Origin: an uncultured Chromatiales bacterium
GTDB taxonomy: Bacteria; Pseudomonadota; Gammaproteobacteria; Poriferisulfidales; Oxydemutatoraceae
DNA length: 64,000 bases
NCBI GenBank assembly: GCA_964347615.1
Contig: CAYFZO010000002.1
Location: forward strand, 22,261-86,260
Direction of reading: 5' to 3'
Shown: positions 19,770 to 30,010 of the stretch, in pieces
Numbering within the stretch: the first letter of the stretch is position 1
Layout of the letters: every line of letters begins with the position of its first letter
Translations under genes and position numbers: made by a program
Notes under the pieces: generated by a model
What the model saw: only the letters and a program-made list of their open reading frames with translations
Databases searched by the model: none
What the model was told of the DNA's origin: nothing

Positions 19770-21845
19770 TCAGGCTGAATCCCTCATGCTGAGGCGAATG
19801 CGCCCTTGCCTGTCGATTTCAAGCACTTTGACCTTGACGACGTCGCCCTCGCTCAACACCTCCTCCACGGTCTTGAGCCGCCGCCCGTCGGCGGCAACCT
19901 GAGAGATGTGCACCAAGCCGTCCCTGCCGGGAAGAATCGTAACAAACGCCCCGAAATCAACGATTTTCGCAACCCGCCCGTCGTAGATCTTGCCGACCTC
20001 GACGTCGGCGGTCAATTCTTCGATTCTGCGTCTTGCTTCCTCCGCGGATGCGCCGTCGCTGGAGGCGATAACAACTTTGCCGGAATCGTCAACGTCTATG
20101 ACCGTACCCGTCTCTTCGGTCAGCGCGCGAATCGTCGCGCCTCCTTTGCCGATAATGTCACGAATCTTGTCGGGATTGACCATTATCGTGAGCAGCCGCG
20201 GCGCGTACGGCGATAATTCGCCGGGGGCGCTAATGACGGCTTCCATCTTTTCCAGAATATGCAGCCGAGCCTCTTTGGCTTGGTCGAGCGCTACCGCCAT
20301 GATTTCCGGGGTCACGCCGTCAGCCTTGATATCCATCTGCAACGCGGTTACTCCTTGCTTGGTCCCGGCAACCTTGAAGTCCATGTCGCCCAGATGATCT
20401 TCGTCGCCGAGGATATCGGTCAGCACCGAAAACTTGTCGTCCTCCAAGATGAGCCCCATCGCAATCCCGGCCACCGGTGCCTTCAAAGGCACACCGGCGT
20501 CCATCAACGCCAAGCTGGTACCGCACACCGAGGCCATCGAACTCGAACCGTTGGACTCGGTGATCTCAGAAACCACCCGCAACACGTAGGGGAACTCGTC
20601 CGGGTCCGGCATGACCCCGAGCAAGCCTCGTTTCGCGAGCCTGCCGTGACCAATCTCGCGGCGCTTGGGTGAACCCATAAAGCCGGTTTCCCCGACGCAG
20701 TAAGGCGGAAAGTTGTAGTGCAGCATGAACCGGTCCTTGCTCTCGCCTTCAATCGCGTCGATGATTTGCGCGTCTCGGTTGGTACCCAAGGTCGCCGCCA
20801 CCAACGCCTGCGTTTCACCGCGGGTGAACAACGCGCTTCCGTGGACGCGGGGCAAGACCCCCGTTTCTATATTCAGCGGCCTGACGGTGCGGGTGTCGCG
20901 TCCGTCAATACGGGACTCGCCGGAAAGGATGCGTCCGCGGACAATCTTTTTCTCAAGCTTGGAAAAGCAGCGCAAAGCCTTGTTCTGCTCTTCTTCGTCC
21001 TCGATGCTTTCGGCCAGTTGATTGCGAAGTCCATCGAGGCGCGTGCGGCGCTGCATCTTGTCGGCGACCGTGTAGGCCTCCTCGACCGGCGCGCGAAAGC
21101 GAGCTTCCAGATCGGTCTCCAGGCCCTCGTCGGTCGCCGCCGGCGTCCATTCCCAGCGCGGCTTTCCGACTTCATCGGCGAGTTCGCGGATGGCGCGGAT
21201 CGCCGGCTGCATCTGCTCGTGTCCGAACATCACCGCGCCCAGCATCTGCTCCTCGGTCAGCAGCTTGGCCTCGGACTCGACCATCAGCACGTCTTTTTCA
21301 TTACCCGCAACGACCAGATCCAAGTCCGACTGCACCAACTGGCCGAAAGTCGGGTTCAGCACGTACCCCCCGTTCAGATAGCCGATCCTTGCGGCGCCGA
21401 CCGGGCCGTTGAAAGGAATGCCCGATATCGCAAGCGCGGCCGAGGCACCGAGCAACGCCGGCACGTCGGCGTCCACGTCCGGGTTCAGCGACACCACCGT
21501 TGCGATAATCTGGACTTCGTTGATGAATCCTTCCGGAAACGACGGGCGCAACGGGCGGTCTATCAACCTGCAAATCAAGGTTTCCTTTTCGCTGGGACGT
21601 CCTTCCCGCTTAAAAAAACCGCCGGGAATCTTGCCGGCGGAATAAGTGCGTTCCTGATAGTTGACCGTCAGCGGGAAAAAGCTTTGATTTTCGGCGGCTT
21701 CGCGCCGTCCGACGGCCGTAACCAGAACGATGGTGTCGGACACGTTGACCAGCACCGCACCGTCGGCTTGGCGCGCGTAGCGGCCGGTCTCCAGCGTCAC
21801 ACGGTGTGCGCCGTACTCGAACGTCTTGGTGGTGGGATTCAGCAA
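19770..21845 (-). CDS. pnp: polyribonucleotide nucleotidyltransferase (PNPase)
   Basis: 691 aa. The N-terminus [21 protein letters not shown] matches E. coli Pnp. It contains two RNase PH domains, a KH domain and a C-terminal S1 domain. A non-ATG (TTG) start is likely, as in E. coli. Confidence 0.95.
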   Translation of the reverse strand: MLNPTTKTFEYGAHRVTLETGRYARQADGAVLVNVSDTIVLVTAVGRREAAENQSFFPLTVNYQERTYSAGKIPGGFFKREGRPSEKETLICRLIDRPLRPSFPEGFINEVQIIATVVSLNPDVDADVPALLGASAALAISGIPFNGPVGAARIGYLNGGYVLNPTFGQLVQSDLDLVVAGNEKDVLMVESEAKLLTEEQMLGAVMFGHEQMQPAIRAIRELADEVGKPRWEWTPAATDEGLETDLEARFRAPVEEAYTVADKMQRRTRLDGLRNQLAESIEDEEEQNKALRCFSKLEKKIVRGRILSGESRIDGRDTRTVRPLNIETGVLPRVHGSALFTRGETQALVAATLGTNRDAQIIDAIEGESKDRFMLHYNFPPYCVGETGFMGSPKRREIGHGRLAKRGLLGVMPDPDEFPYVLRVVSEITESNGSSSMASVCGTSLALMDAGVPLKAPVAGIAMGLILEDDKFSVLTDILGDEDHLGDMDFKVAGTKQGVTALQMDIKADGVTPEIMAVALDQAKEARLHILEKMEAVISAPGELSPYAPRLLTIMVNPDKIRDIIGKGGATIRALTEETGTVIDVDDSGKVVIASSDGASAEEARRRIEELTADVEVGKIYDGRVAKIVDFGAFVTILPGRDGLVHISQVAADGRRLKTVEEVLSEGDVVKVKVLEIDRQGRIRLSMRDSA

Positions 21846-21855
21846 AGTCGCCGGC

Positions 21856-22125
21856 TCAGGAGCGCAGGCCCAACGAAGAGACCAAATTCCTGTAGCGGTC
21901 TGGTTTTTTCGACTTGAGGTATTTAAGCAGCTTGCGGCGCGAACTGACCATCTTCAGCAATCCGCGCCGGGAATGATGATCTTGCTTGTGCTGTGAAAAA
22001 TGCTCGGCCAGCGCGTTGATGCGCGCGGTGAGCAATGCAACTTGAACTTCCGGAGAACCCGTATCGCTCTCGGTTTGTCCGTATTGTTTTACAACCTCGC
22101 TTTTTTGCTGGATTGTCAGCGACAT
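21856..22125 (-). CDS. rpsO: 30S ribosomal protein S15
   Basis: 89 aa, [17 protein letters not shown]...[20 protein letters not shown]. Canonical rpsO-pnp pair. Confidence 0.95.
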   Translation of the reverse strand: MSLTIQQKSEVVKQYGQTESDTGSPEVQVALLTARINALAEHFSQHKQDHHSRRGLLKMVSSRRKLLKYLKSKKPDRYRNLVSSLGLRS

Positions 22126-22322
22126 ATCGCTAAAGTCCTTTGTTTCCTTCTTGTATCAGGAAGCGATTATAGCCGAAGTCGCCCACCCCGTCCACACGCG
22201 CATCAGTGCGACGAGGCGTGAGCAAAGAGCGGCCGGCCCGGGTCGTCGTTGCCGGGCGTTCCGGACGTCTCGTCGGTGCCTCGACGCCGCGGCGTCAGCC
22301 CGCGTTCCCCTCGTCTCCGGCG

Positions 22323-23378
22323 TCAAGAGCCGCTTTGACCGCCCCTCTCGACCTCGCGCACGGCCTCGCGCACCGCGTCGGGAGAGATCTCGGTGAGACA
22401 ACGGTAATGTCCGTAGCGACAAGTCCTGCTCCAGCAAGGGCTGCACTCCAGGTTGAGCCACAGACACTTCGACCGGGCGATCATCGGCGGCGTATAGGCC
22501 GGTGTCGTCGCGCCGTAGAGCCCAACCAACGGGCAACCGATCGCGGCGGCGACGTGCATCAATCCGGAATCGTTGGTCGCCGCGAATTCAGCCACCGACA
22601 TCAGATCTATCGCTTCCCCCAACGTCGTACGCCCGCACAGGTTCACCGTCGCGGCACCCGAGGCCGCCTTGATCCGTTCGCCGATCTCACGGTCGGCGGC
22701 GGAACCGAAAATCCACGTCTGCCGTCCTTCGGCGGCGTAACGCCGCGCCAGCTCGGCGAAGTATCGCGGCGGCCACTGCTTGGAGCGCCCGAACGCGGCG
22801 CCCGGCATCAACGCAAACACCCGCGCGTCCGTCCCCAAGCCCAACCGACGCAAACAAGCGTCGCGGCAATCGGGGTCCACTCTCAACGCGGGGGGCGGCG
22901 TTTCAATTTCATCGGCGGGCGAAGCGTCGGGCGGCTGACCCAGAAACACGAAGCGAGTCACAACCCTCGGCATCGCTTTCTCGTCGAGCGAGCGAACGTC
23001 GTTGATCAGCCCGTAACGCAGCTCACCGCGAAACCCCGTCCTGACCGGCACTTCGGCGAACCACGGCAACAGGGCGGCTTTCAAGGAGCGCGGCAAGACG
23101 ATCGCCTGCTCATAGCCACGTCCGCGCAACCTCTTGCCGAGCCGCCGGCGCACACCGAGCTGGAGCTCGCCGTGCCCGACCGGCATCTCGATCACGCGCG
23201 AGACTTCCGGCATCCGCCGGAGCAAATCCGACGACCACGCGGGGGCAACGACGTCGATCTCGACCTCGGCGTCGCGCCGTTTCAATGATTTATACAGGCT
23301 CTGGGCGAGCACCGCGTCGCCGACCCAGGCCGGCCCGACCACCAGAATGCGTTTTGCCGGAACCGCCACTCCGTTCAA
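22323..23378 (-). CDS. waaF: ADP-heptose:LPS heptosyltransferase II
   Basis: Glycosyltransferase family 9. Aligns along its length with E. coli RfaF (ILVVGPAWVGD...MPEV...HGELQLGVRRRLGKRLR...RYGLINDVR). Confidence 0.85.
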   Translation of the reverse strand: MNGVAVPAKRILVVGPAWVGDAVLAQSLYKSLKRRDAEVEIDVVAPAWSSDLLRRMPEVSRVIEMPVGHGELQLGVRRRLGKRLRGRGYEQAIVLPRSLKAALLPWFAEVPVRTGFRGELRYGLINDVRSLDEKAMPRVVTRFVFLGQPPDASPADEIETPPPALRVDPDCRDACLRRLGLGTDARVFALMPGAAFGRSKQWPPRYFAELARRYAAEGRQTWIFGSAADREIGERIKAASGAATVNLCGRTTLGEAIDLMSVAEFAATNDSGLMHVAAAIGCPLVGLYGATTPAYTPPMIARSKCLWLNLECSPCWSRTCRYGHYRCLTEISPDAVREAVREVERGGQSGS

Positions 23379-24808
23379 TCACCGCCGTCGCCGCGGATCC
23401 CGGCGATCAAGCGGCTGGTGGAAAAGCCTTCAAGGGACTCGAGAATCACCACTTCTCCGCCGTGCGCGGTTACATGGTCGTAACCGACCACTTTCTCGGC
23501 GCTGTAGTCGCCGCCTTTGACCAACACGTCCGGTGTAACGCGCTCGATCAGCCGTTGCGGCGTGTCTTCGGAAAAGGGCACGACCCAGTCCACCGCTTCG
23601 AGCGCCGCAAGCAGACGCATGCGCTCGGGCAGGTGGTTGACCGGGCGGTCCCGCCCCTTGAGCCGCGTAACCGAAGCGTCGCCGTTGACCGCAACGATCA
23701 GGCGTCCGCCCAGGGCCGCCGCGCGCATCAGATAATCAATGTGTCCGGCGTGAAGGATGTCGAAGCAACCGTTGGTCATCACGATGCTCTCGCCGCGCCC
23801 GCGGGCCGCCGCGACCAGTTCCAGCAGTTCGTCTTCGTCGTGGACGCCGTGCGCCGTGGGCGTCGCGGCGAAACGCCGGCGCAATTCCTCGGCGGAGACC
23901 GCCGCCGTGCCGGCTTTCTCGACGACCAACCCCGCGGCGCAATTGGCGAGACGCGTCGCCTCGAGCAGCGAAGCACCGGCGCAAAAAGCCGCGGCCAGCA
24001 CCGAAATCACCGTGTCGCCGGCACCGGTGACGTCGTAGACCTCGTGCACCTCGGCGGACAAATGCACCGCGGCGCCGTCCTGCACCAGCGAGATACCCTC
24101 GCCGCCGCGCGTCACCAGCAGCGCGTCAAGGCCGAGGGCGTTGCACGTCGCTTCACCCTTGCGTTCGAGCTCGTCGTTGTCGGCGCAAGCACCGGCGACC
24201 GCCGTGAACTCGGCAAGGTTAGGCGTCAGCACGCTGGCACCGCGGTAGCACGAGAAGTCGGCGCTCTTGGGGTCGACGAACACGGGTTTGCCGGCTTCGC
24301 GCGCCGCCGCGATCAAACGCTCGACGCGCGAAAGGCAGCCTTTCGCGTAGTCCGACAGCACGACGGCGTCAACGTCCCCGAGCCGTTCGGAGAACGCCGC
24401 TTCGACCGCGTCGTGCGGCGCGGCGGAGAAACCGTCTTCAAAATCGATCCGCAGCAGCTGCTGCCCGCGGCTCATCACCCGCGACTTGATGATGGTCGGA
24501 CTGCCCGCGACGGTGACAAACCGACACTCGACGCCGCGTTCGTGCAACAGGCGCTCGAGCACGCCCGCGTCGCCGTCGTCGCCGACCAGTCCCAACAGAA
24601 CCACGTCGGTACCCAAGCTGCTTGCGTTGACCGCGACGTTGGCCGCGCCGCCGGGACGCTCCTCGACGCCGGCGACGTTGACCACCTGTACCGGCGCTTC
24701 GGGCGATATGCGTTCGGCCGGGCCGAGGTAGTAGCGGTCGAGCATCACGTCGCCGGCGACGAGCAAACGCACCGAGGAAAAATCGGGCAGCGGCGCGGCG
24801 GGTTTCAT
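23375..24808 (-). CDS. hldE: bifunctional D-glycero-beta-D-manno-heptose-7-phosphate kinase / heptose-1-phosphate adenylyltransferase
   Basis: N-terminal ribokinase-like domain and C-terminal cytidylyltransferase domain (IVMTNGCFDILHAGH). Overlaps the waaF start by 4 nt. Confidence 0.9.
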   Translation of the reverse strand: MKPAAPLPDFSSVRLLVAGDVMLDRYYLGPAERISPEAPVQVVNVAGVEERPGGAANVAVNASSLGTDVVLLGLVGDDGDAGVLERLLHERGVECRFVTVAGSPTIIKSRVMSRGQQLLRIDFEDGFSAAPHDAVEAAFSERLGDVDAVVLSDYAKGCLSRVERLIAAAREAGKPVFVDPKSADFSCYRGASVLTPNLAEFTAVAGACADNDELERKGEATCNALGLDALLVTRGGEGISLVQDGAAVHLSAEVHEVYDVTGAGDTVISVLAAAFCAGASLLEATRLANCAAGLVVEKAGTAAVSAEELRRRFAATPTAHGVHDEDELLELVAAARGRGESIVMTNGCFDILHAGHIDYLMRAAALGGRLIVAVNGDASVTRLKGRDRPVNHLPERMRLLAALEAVDWVVPFSEDTPQRLIERVTPDVLVKGGDYSAEKVVGYDHVTAHGGEVVILESLEGFSTSRLIAGIRGDGGD

Positions 24809-24820
24809 TTGCGCGGGGCT

Positions 24821-25741
24821 TCAGACAAAGGTAAGCCAGTCGGCGTGGGCGGGCGACCTTCCGTGCACCAGGTCAAAGTACAAGGACTGCAACTTCTCGG
24901 TCACCGCCCCGCGACTCCCGCCGCCGATGGCACGTTCGTCCAACTCGCATACAGGCGTCACTTCGGCGGCGGTTCCGGTGAAAAACACCTCATCCGCCGC
25001 GTAGACCTCGTCGGGCGTCATGCGCCGCTCGCCGACCTCAAGCCCCTGCTCGCGCGCCAGTTCGATCACGGTGCGCCGGGTGATGCCGTCAAGCGCCGCC
25101 GACAAATCGGGCGTGAACAACGCCCCGTCGCGGACGATGAACAGGTTCTCCCCGCTCCCCTCGCACACGAACCCGTCGGCGTCGAGCATCAAGGCCTCGT
25201 CGTAACCCGCGTCGCAAGCCTCGCGCAAAGCCAACATCGAATTGAGATAGCTGCCGTTGGCTTTGACCCTGCTCATCGTCGGGTGGGAATGGCAACGCAC
25301 GAACGACGAGGTCTTGACCCGGATGCCTTTCTTCATGTTGTCCTCGCCGAGGTAAGCGCCCCACTCCCAAGCGGCGACCATCACGTGAACGCTCAACGCA
25401 CCGGCGTGCAGCCCCATGCTTTCGGAACCGTAAAACACCATCGGCCGGATGTACGCCGATTTGAGATCGTTCTTGCGCAGCACTTCCTTTTGCACCTCGT
25501 TCATCTCATCCGCCGAAAACGCGAGCTCCATGCTGACGACGCCGGCGGAATTGAAAAGCCGCTGCGTGTGATCCTGAAGCCGAAAGATCGCGGTGCCGGC
25601 GTCGGTCGCGTACGCCCTGACGCCTTCAAACACCCCCATCCCGTAATGCAGGGTATGGGTCAATAAATGTACTTTGGCTTCTCTCCAAGAAACGAATTCG
25701 CCGTCGAACCAGATCCACCCGTCGCGTTGTTCCATCGACAT
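24821..25741 (-). CDS. ilvE: branched-chain amino acid aminotransferase
   Basis: 306 aa, class IV PLP aminotransferase (WFDGEFVSWREAKVHLLTHTLHYGMGVFEGVRAY...YIRPMVFYG). Confidence 0.9.
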   Translation of the reverse strand: MSMEQRDGWIWFDGEFVSWREAKVHLLTHTLHYGMGVFEGVRAYATDAGTAIFRLQDHTQRLFNSAGVVSMELAFSADEMNEVQKEVLRKNDLKSAYIRPMVFYGSESMGLHAGALSVHVMVAAWEWGAYLGEDNMKKGIRVKTSSFVRCHSHPTMSRVKANGSYLNSMLALREACDAGYDEALMLDADGFVCEGSGENLFIVRDGALFTPDLSAALDGITRRTVIELAREQGLEVGERRMTPDEVYAADEVFFTGTAAEVTPVCELDERAIGGGSRGAVTEKLQSLYFDLVHGRSPAHADWLTFV

Positions 25742-25964
25742 CAGTTGTTTTCCTTATGCAGAACCGGCAGGGACAAATAAAGTTTTCGGGAGTGCGAGAC
25801 GGTGCGACGCCTATTCTATATGCACCGCCGACGCCGCACCCGCCGGCGGGCGACGTACCGACGTCGCGCCGACGCCGTGTTGACAAGCACACGGGCAAAG
25901 CCGATAATAAGATTGATTTTTATTTAGGTTTCGAGCGGGACTCGACTGCTGTGGAGTTAACCTT

Positions 25965-26999
25965 ATGAATTTACGACGTTTTCACCGCGTCATCCCCCTC
26001 GCCGCACTGGTGCTGATTCCGCCGGCGGCGGCGGCGGAGGCGGTCAACGTCTACTCGGCGCGTCAGGAAGCCCTGATCAAACCGCTGCTCGACCGCTTCT
26101 CGCAAGCCTCGGGAATCAACGTGAACCTGGTGACCGGCAAGGCCGACGCCCTGATTGCGCGGCTTGAACTTGAAGGCGAGAACAGCCCCGCCGACGTGCT
26201 GATCACGATCGACGCCGGACGGCTCCACCGCGCCAAAACCGCCGGCCTGCTGCAGAAAGTCCCGTCAAAAATCTTAACCGACGCGGTTCCCGCCAATTAC
26301 CGCGACCAAGACGGCCACTGGTTCGGTCTGTCGCTACGCGCGAGAGTCATCATGGTGGTTACGGGCAAAGCCGGTGCGACAATCTTCAATTCCTACGAGT
26401 CGCTCGCGTCGCCCGCGTTGCGCGGCAAACTCTGCATCCGTTCGTCGGGCAATATATACAACCAGTCCCTGACTGCCTCGATGATTGCGGCGCACGGTGA
26501 GGAAGCCGCGCTCGAGTGGGCACGCGGACTGGTCGCCAACCTTGCCAGAACGCCGACCGGCGGCGACCGCGACCAGATCCTCGCGGCGGCGGGCGGGCTG
26601 TGCGACGTCGCGGTCGCCAACACTTACTACCTTGCGATGATGCTGTCGGGCGACAACCCGCGGCACCACGAGGCCGCGCGCGCGGTCACCGTGGTGTGGC
26701 CGAACCAGGACGGACGCGGTGCGCACGTCAACGTCAGCGGCGCGGGAATCACCCGTGCGGCAGCGAACCGCGAAGGCGCGACCGAAGCGGCGCTTCGGCT
26801 GCTCGAATATCTCGTGTCGGCGCCGGCGCAGAAATGGTACGCCGAGGTCAACAACGAATACCCGGTCACCCCGGGCGTCGAAATCAGTCCCGTGCTGCAA
26901 GCCTGGGGAGGCTTCAAACGCGACGCGATTGCGCTCGAGAAGCTCGGGGAACTGAACGTCGCCGCCGTGAAACTGATGGACAAGGCCGGCTGGAAATAA
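25965..26999 (+). CDS. fbpA: Fe(3+) ABC transporter periplasmic substrate-binding protein (FbpA/AfuA family)
   Basis: Signal peptide followed by a ferric-binding fold (VNVYSARQEALIKPLLDRF...). First gene of a three-gene fbpABC-like unit, divergent from ilvE. Confidence 0.8.
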   Translation: MNLRRFHRVIPLAALVLIPPAAAAEAVNVYSARQEALIKPLLDRFSQASGINVNLVTGKADALIARLELEGENSPADVLITIDAGRLHRAKTAGLLQKVPSKILTDAVPANYRDQDGHWFGLSLRARVIMVVTGKAGATIFNSYESLASPALRGKLCIRSSGNIYNQSLTASMIAAHGEEAALEWARGLVANLARTPTGGDRDQILAAAGGLCDVAVANTYYLAMMLSGDNPRHHEAARAVTVVWPNQDGRGAHVNVSGAGITRAAANREGATEAALRLLEYLVSAPAQKWYAEVNNEYPVTPGVEISPVLQAWGGFKRDAIALEKLGELNVAAVKLMDKAGWK

Positions 27000-27003
27000 G
27001 CGG

Positions 27004-28614
27004 ATGACGTCAGCCGCGCTCAAACCGGTGCCGGCTTTTTCCGCGCCGTCGCGCGGGCGACGAGCGCTGAACGCCGCCACGACCGCGGTCGTGGCGTTGC
27101 TTTCCCTGCCCTTTCTCGCGCTTGTCGCGCAGCTGTTCGCGCCCGAGTACGAAATCTGGTCCCACCTTGCCGACACCGTACTCAAGCATTACCTGATCGA
27201 GTCGCTGGCGCTGTGCGCGGGCGTCATGGCCGGCACTCTCCTGCTCGGCGTCCCGACCGCGTGGCTGTGCAGTGCTTGCGACTTTCCGGCGCGACGTTTC
27301 TTTGAATTCGCCCTGATCCTGCCGCTGGCCTACCCCGCTTACATCGCCGCGTACGTCTACACCGGCATCTTCGACTACGGCGGCGTGGCGTACGCGTGGC
27401 TCAGCGCCGCAGGCTTGCACGCGCCGCTGCCGATCCGCTCGTTGGGCGGCGCGATCGCCGTGCTGACGCTGGTGTTCTACCCTTACGTTTATCTGCTTGC
27501 GCGCGCCTCGTTCATGCAGCAGTCGAACCGGATCATTGAAGCCGGACGCACGCTGGGCACCCGCCCGGGCGGTTGTTTCCTTCACGTTGCGCTGCCTGCC
27601 GCGCGCCCGGCGATCATCGCCGGCGTCGCGCTGGTGATGATGGAAACGCTCGCCGACTTCGGCACCGTCGAGTATTTCGGCGTCAACACCTTCAGCGTCG
27701 GCATCTTCCGCACTTGGTTCGGCCTCGGCAGCATCGCGGGCGCGGCCCAGTTGTCGGTGCTGCTGCTCGCGTTCGTCGTCGCGTTATTGATCATGGAAAA
27801 ACGCGCGCGCCGCCGGGCGCGGTATTACGACGTCGAGCCGCGTCCGACGATCCCAAGCTACCACCTGCGCGGGGTCCACGCGGCAGGGGCAATCGCCGTC
27901 TGCGCGTTGCCGTTGCTGCTCGGCTTCGCCGTCCCGACCCTGCAACTGTCGACGTGGGCCGCCGAACGCCTGCCCGAAACCGAGCTGTCCGGCTACGCGA
28001 CGCTGGTCGCCAACAGCTTCGGCTTGGCGCTTGCAAGCTCGCTCGTCATCCTGACGCTTGCGGTCGTGGTCTCCTACACCAAACGCCTGTGCCCGACCGC
28101 CGGCGTCAAGCTCGCGGTGCAGACGGTTTCCTCGGGGTACGCGATTCCCGGCGTCGTGATTGCAATCGGCGTGCTGATCCTGTTCTCGGCGCTCGACCGG
28201 TGGGGCGGGCTCGCGTTGGGCGGCGGTTTCATCGCGCTGACGTTCGCGTACGCGATCCGCTTTCTCACGCTCGGGTTCAATCCGGTCGAAGCCGCGCTCG
28301 AGAAAGTGTCGCCGGATCTCGACCACGCCGCGCACGCGCTCGCCGCGTCAACGCCCGAAACCCTGGCCAAGGTCCATCTGCCGCTGATACGCGGCGGCCT
28401 GCTGACCGCGGCACTGCTGGTCTTCGTCGAGGTCATCAAGGAACTGCCCGCAACCTTGGTGTTGCGTCCATTCAACTTCAACACGCTCGCGGTCAGGGCG
28501 TTCGAACTCGCGTCGGACGAAAGACTCGCCGACGTCGCGTTGCCTGCGCTCAGCATCGTCGCCGTCGGCGTACTGCCGTTGATCGTGCTCGCCAGGGCGA
28601 CGCGCACGCCCTGA
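27004..28614 (+). CDS. fbpB: Fe(3+) ABC transporter permease (tandem-domain FbpB)
   Basis: 536-aa membrane protein with duplicated BPD_transp_1 permease domains, typical of FbpB/AfuB. Confidence 0.85.
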   Translation: MTSAALKPVPAFSAPSRGRRALNAATTAVVALLSLPFLALVAQLFAPEYEIWSHLADTVLKHYLIESLALCAGVMAGTLLLGVPTAWLCSACDFPARRFFEFALILPLAYPAYIAAYVYTGIFDYGGVAYAWLSAAGLHAPLPIRSLGGAIAVLTLVFYPYVYLLARASFMQQSNRIIEAGRTLGTRPGGCFLHVALPAARPAIIAGVALVMMETLADFGTVEYFGVNTFSVGIFRTWFGLGSIAGAAQLSVLLLAFVVALLIMEKRARRRARYYDVEPRPTIPSYHLRGVHAAGAIAVCALPLLLGFAVPTLQLSTWAAERLPETELSGYATLVANSFGLALASSLVILTLAVVVSYTKRLCPTAGVKLAVQTVSSGYAIPGVVIAIGVLILFSALDRWGGLALGGGFIALTFAYAIRFLTLGFNPVEAALEKVSPDLDHAAHALAASTPETLAKVHLPLIRGGLLTAALLVFVEVIKELPATLVLRPFNFNTLAVRAFELASDERLADVALPALSIVAVGVLPLIVLARATRTP

Positions 28615-28690
28615 ACACCCCCCCCTGAAAGCGCGCCGCGCGCAAAACCGACGCCCCGCGAACTCGAAGCCGATACAATGGGGCCGGGTC

Positions 28691-29773
28691 ATGCGTAAGT
28701 TGCTCGACATCCAGAACCTCAGCGTCTCGGTCGAAGGCCAGACGGTCGTCAACTCGGTCTCTTTCGGACTGAAACCCGGCGACGTCGGCTGCCTGCTCGG
28801 CCCGAGCGGCAGCGGCAAAACCTTATTGCTTCACTGCATCGCGGGGTTCCGCCGCGTCGACGCAGGCACGATCAGCCTCGACAACCGCCCTCTCAGCGGC
28901 CCCGGCGTGCACCTGCCGCCCGAACAGCGCCGCGTCGGCATGATGTTTCAAAGCTACGCGCTGTTCCCCCACCTCAGCGTGGAAAAAAACGTCGCGTTCG
29001 GCATCCGAAGAATGGACAAGGCACAACGCGAACGCAGCGTCGGAGAACTGCTCGAACTGGTCGGCTTGACCGGGCACGGGCACAAATACCCGCACGAACT
29101 GTCGGGCGGCGAACAGCAACGCGTTGCGCTCGCCCGCGCGCTCGCGCCCTCCCCGCGACTCCTGCTGCTCGACGAGCCGTTCTCGAGCCTGGACACCGAG
29201 CTCAGGCTGCAACTCGCCGAAGAGACCAAGCAAGTCGTCACCGAACGCAACATCACGACGCTGCTGGTCACCCACGACCAAGAAGAAGCGTTCGCAACCG
29301 CCGATATGCTCGGCGTGATCGACGACGGCCGCCTGTTACAGTGGAACAGCGCCTACGACGTCTACCACAAACCCGCCTCGCGCGACGTCGCCACGTTTAT
29401 CGGCATGGGCAGCATGCTGCGCGGAGAAATACAGCACGACGACCGCGTTGCAACCGCGCTCGGCCGCTTTCCGATGGGACGCGGAGAACGCGGGTTTGCC
29501 CGAGGCGAAGAAGTGGACGTCCTGATCCGGCCCGACGACGTCATCCACGACGACGCCAGCCCGATGAAAGCGGTCATCCGCAAGAAACAATTCCGCGGCG
29601 CGGAGTTTCTGTATCAGCTGCAGCTCGACAGCGGCGAGACCGTGTACTGCTTCGCCCCCAGCCACCACAACCACCAGATAGGCGAAGCGCTCGGCATCAC
29701 GGTGGACGTCGAGCACGTAATCATCTATTCGCGGCAAAGGCCAGCCCGATCAGGCGCAACCGCTAAGAACTAG
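28691..29773 (+). CDS. fbpC: Fe(3+) ABC transporter ATP-binding protein
   Basis: Walker A GPSGSGKTT, signature LSGGEQQRVALARAL and LLLLDEP, plus a C-terminal TOBE-like regulatory domain. Confidence 0.85.
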   Translation: MRKLLDIQNLSVSVEGQTVVNSVSFGLKPGDVGCLLGPSGSGKTLLLHCIAGFRRVDAGTISLDNRPLSGPGVHLPPEQRRVGMMFQSYALFPHLSVEKNVAFGIRRMDKAQRERSVGELLELVGLTGHGHKYPHELSGGEQQRVALARALAPSPRLLLLDEPFSSLDTELRLQLAEETKQVVTERNITTLLVTHDQEEAFATADMLGVIDDGRLLQWNSAYDVYHKPASRDVATFIGMGSMLRGEIQHDDRVATALGRFPMGRGERGFARGEEVDVLIRPDDVIHDDASPMKAVIRKKQFRGAEFLYQLQLDSGETVYCFAPSHHNHQIGEALGITVDVEHVIIYSRQRPARSGATAKN

Positions 29774-30010
29774 AACGCCAACGAGCGAACACGGACCGAA
29801 GCTCGCCAACAAATCGCGCGAAAGACCCGTCCTCTCCCACGACCCGGTCCAGATCCATCTCCACCACGACGTCACGCGCGAACTCGGTGCCGTCGAGAAA
29901 AAGAGTCTGACCCGTCTTATGGATCTCCTCCCTTAACTTCTGCTTGTAGCGAAAGTTCGACTTCCGGTCAAGCCGAAGCGAAGATACTTTCCGCCGTCAC
30001 AAAATCTATT

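Noticed and set aside
21840-22125. Apparent 1-nt coordinate inconsistency around the pnp start / rpsO stop when counting bases by hand
   Set aside because: My manual position count in this stretch differs by one base from the track. Both proteins translate perfectly according to the track, so I attribute this to my counting error rather than a frameshift. No pseudogene is claimed.
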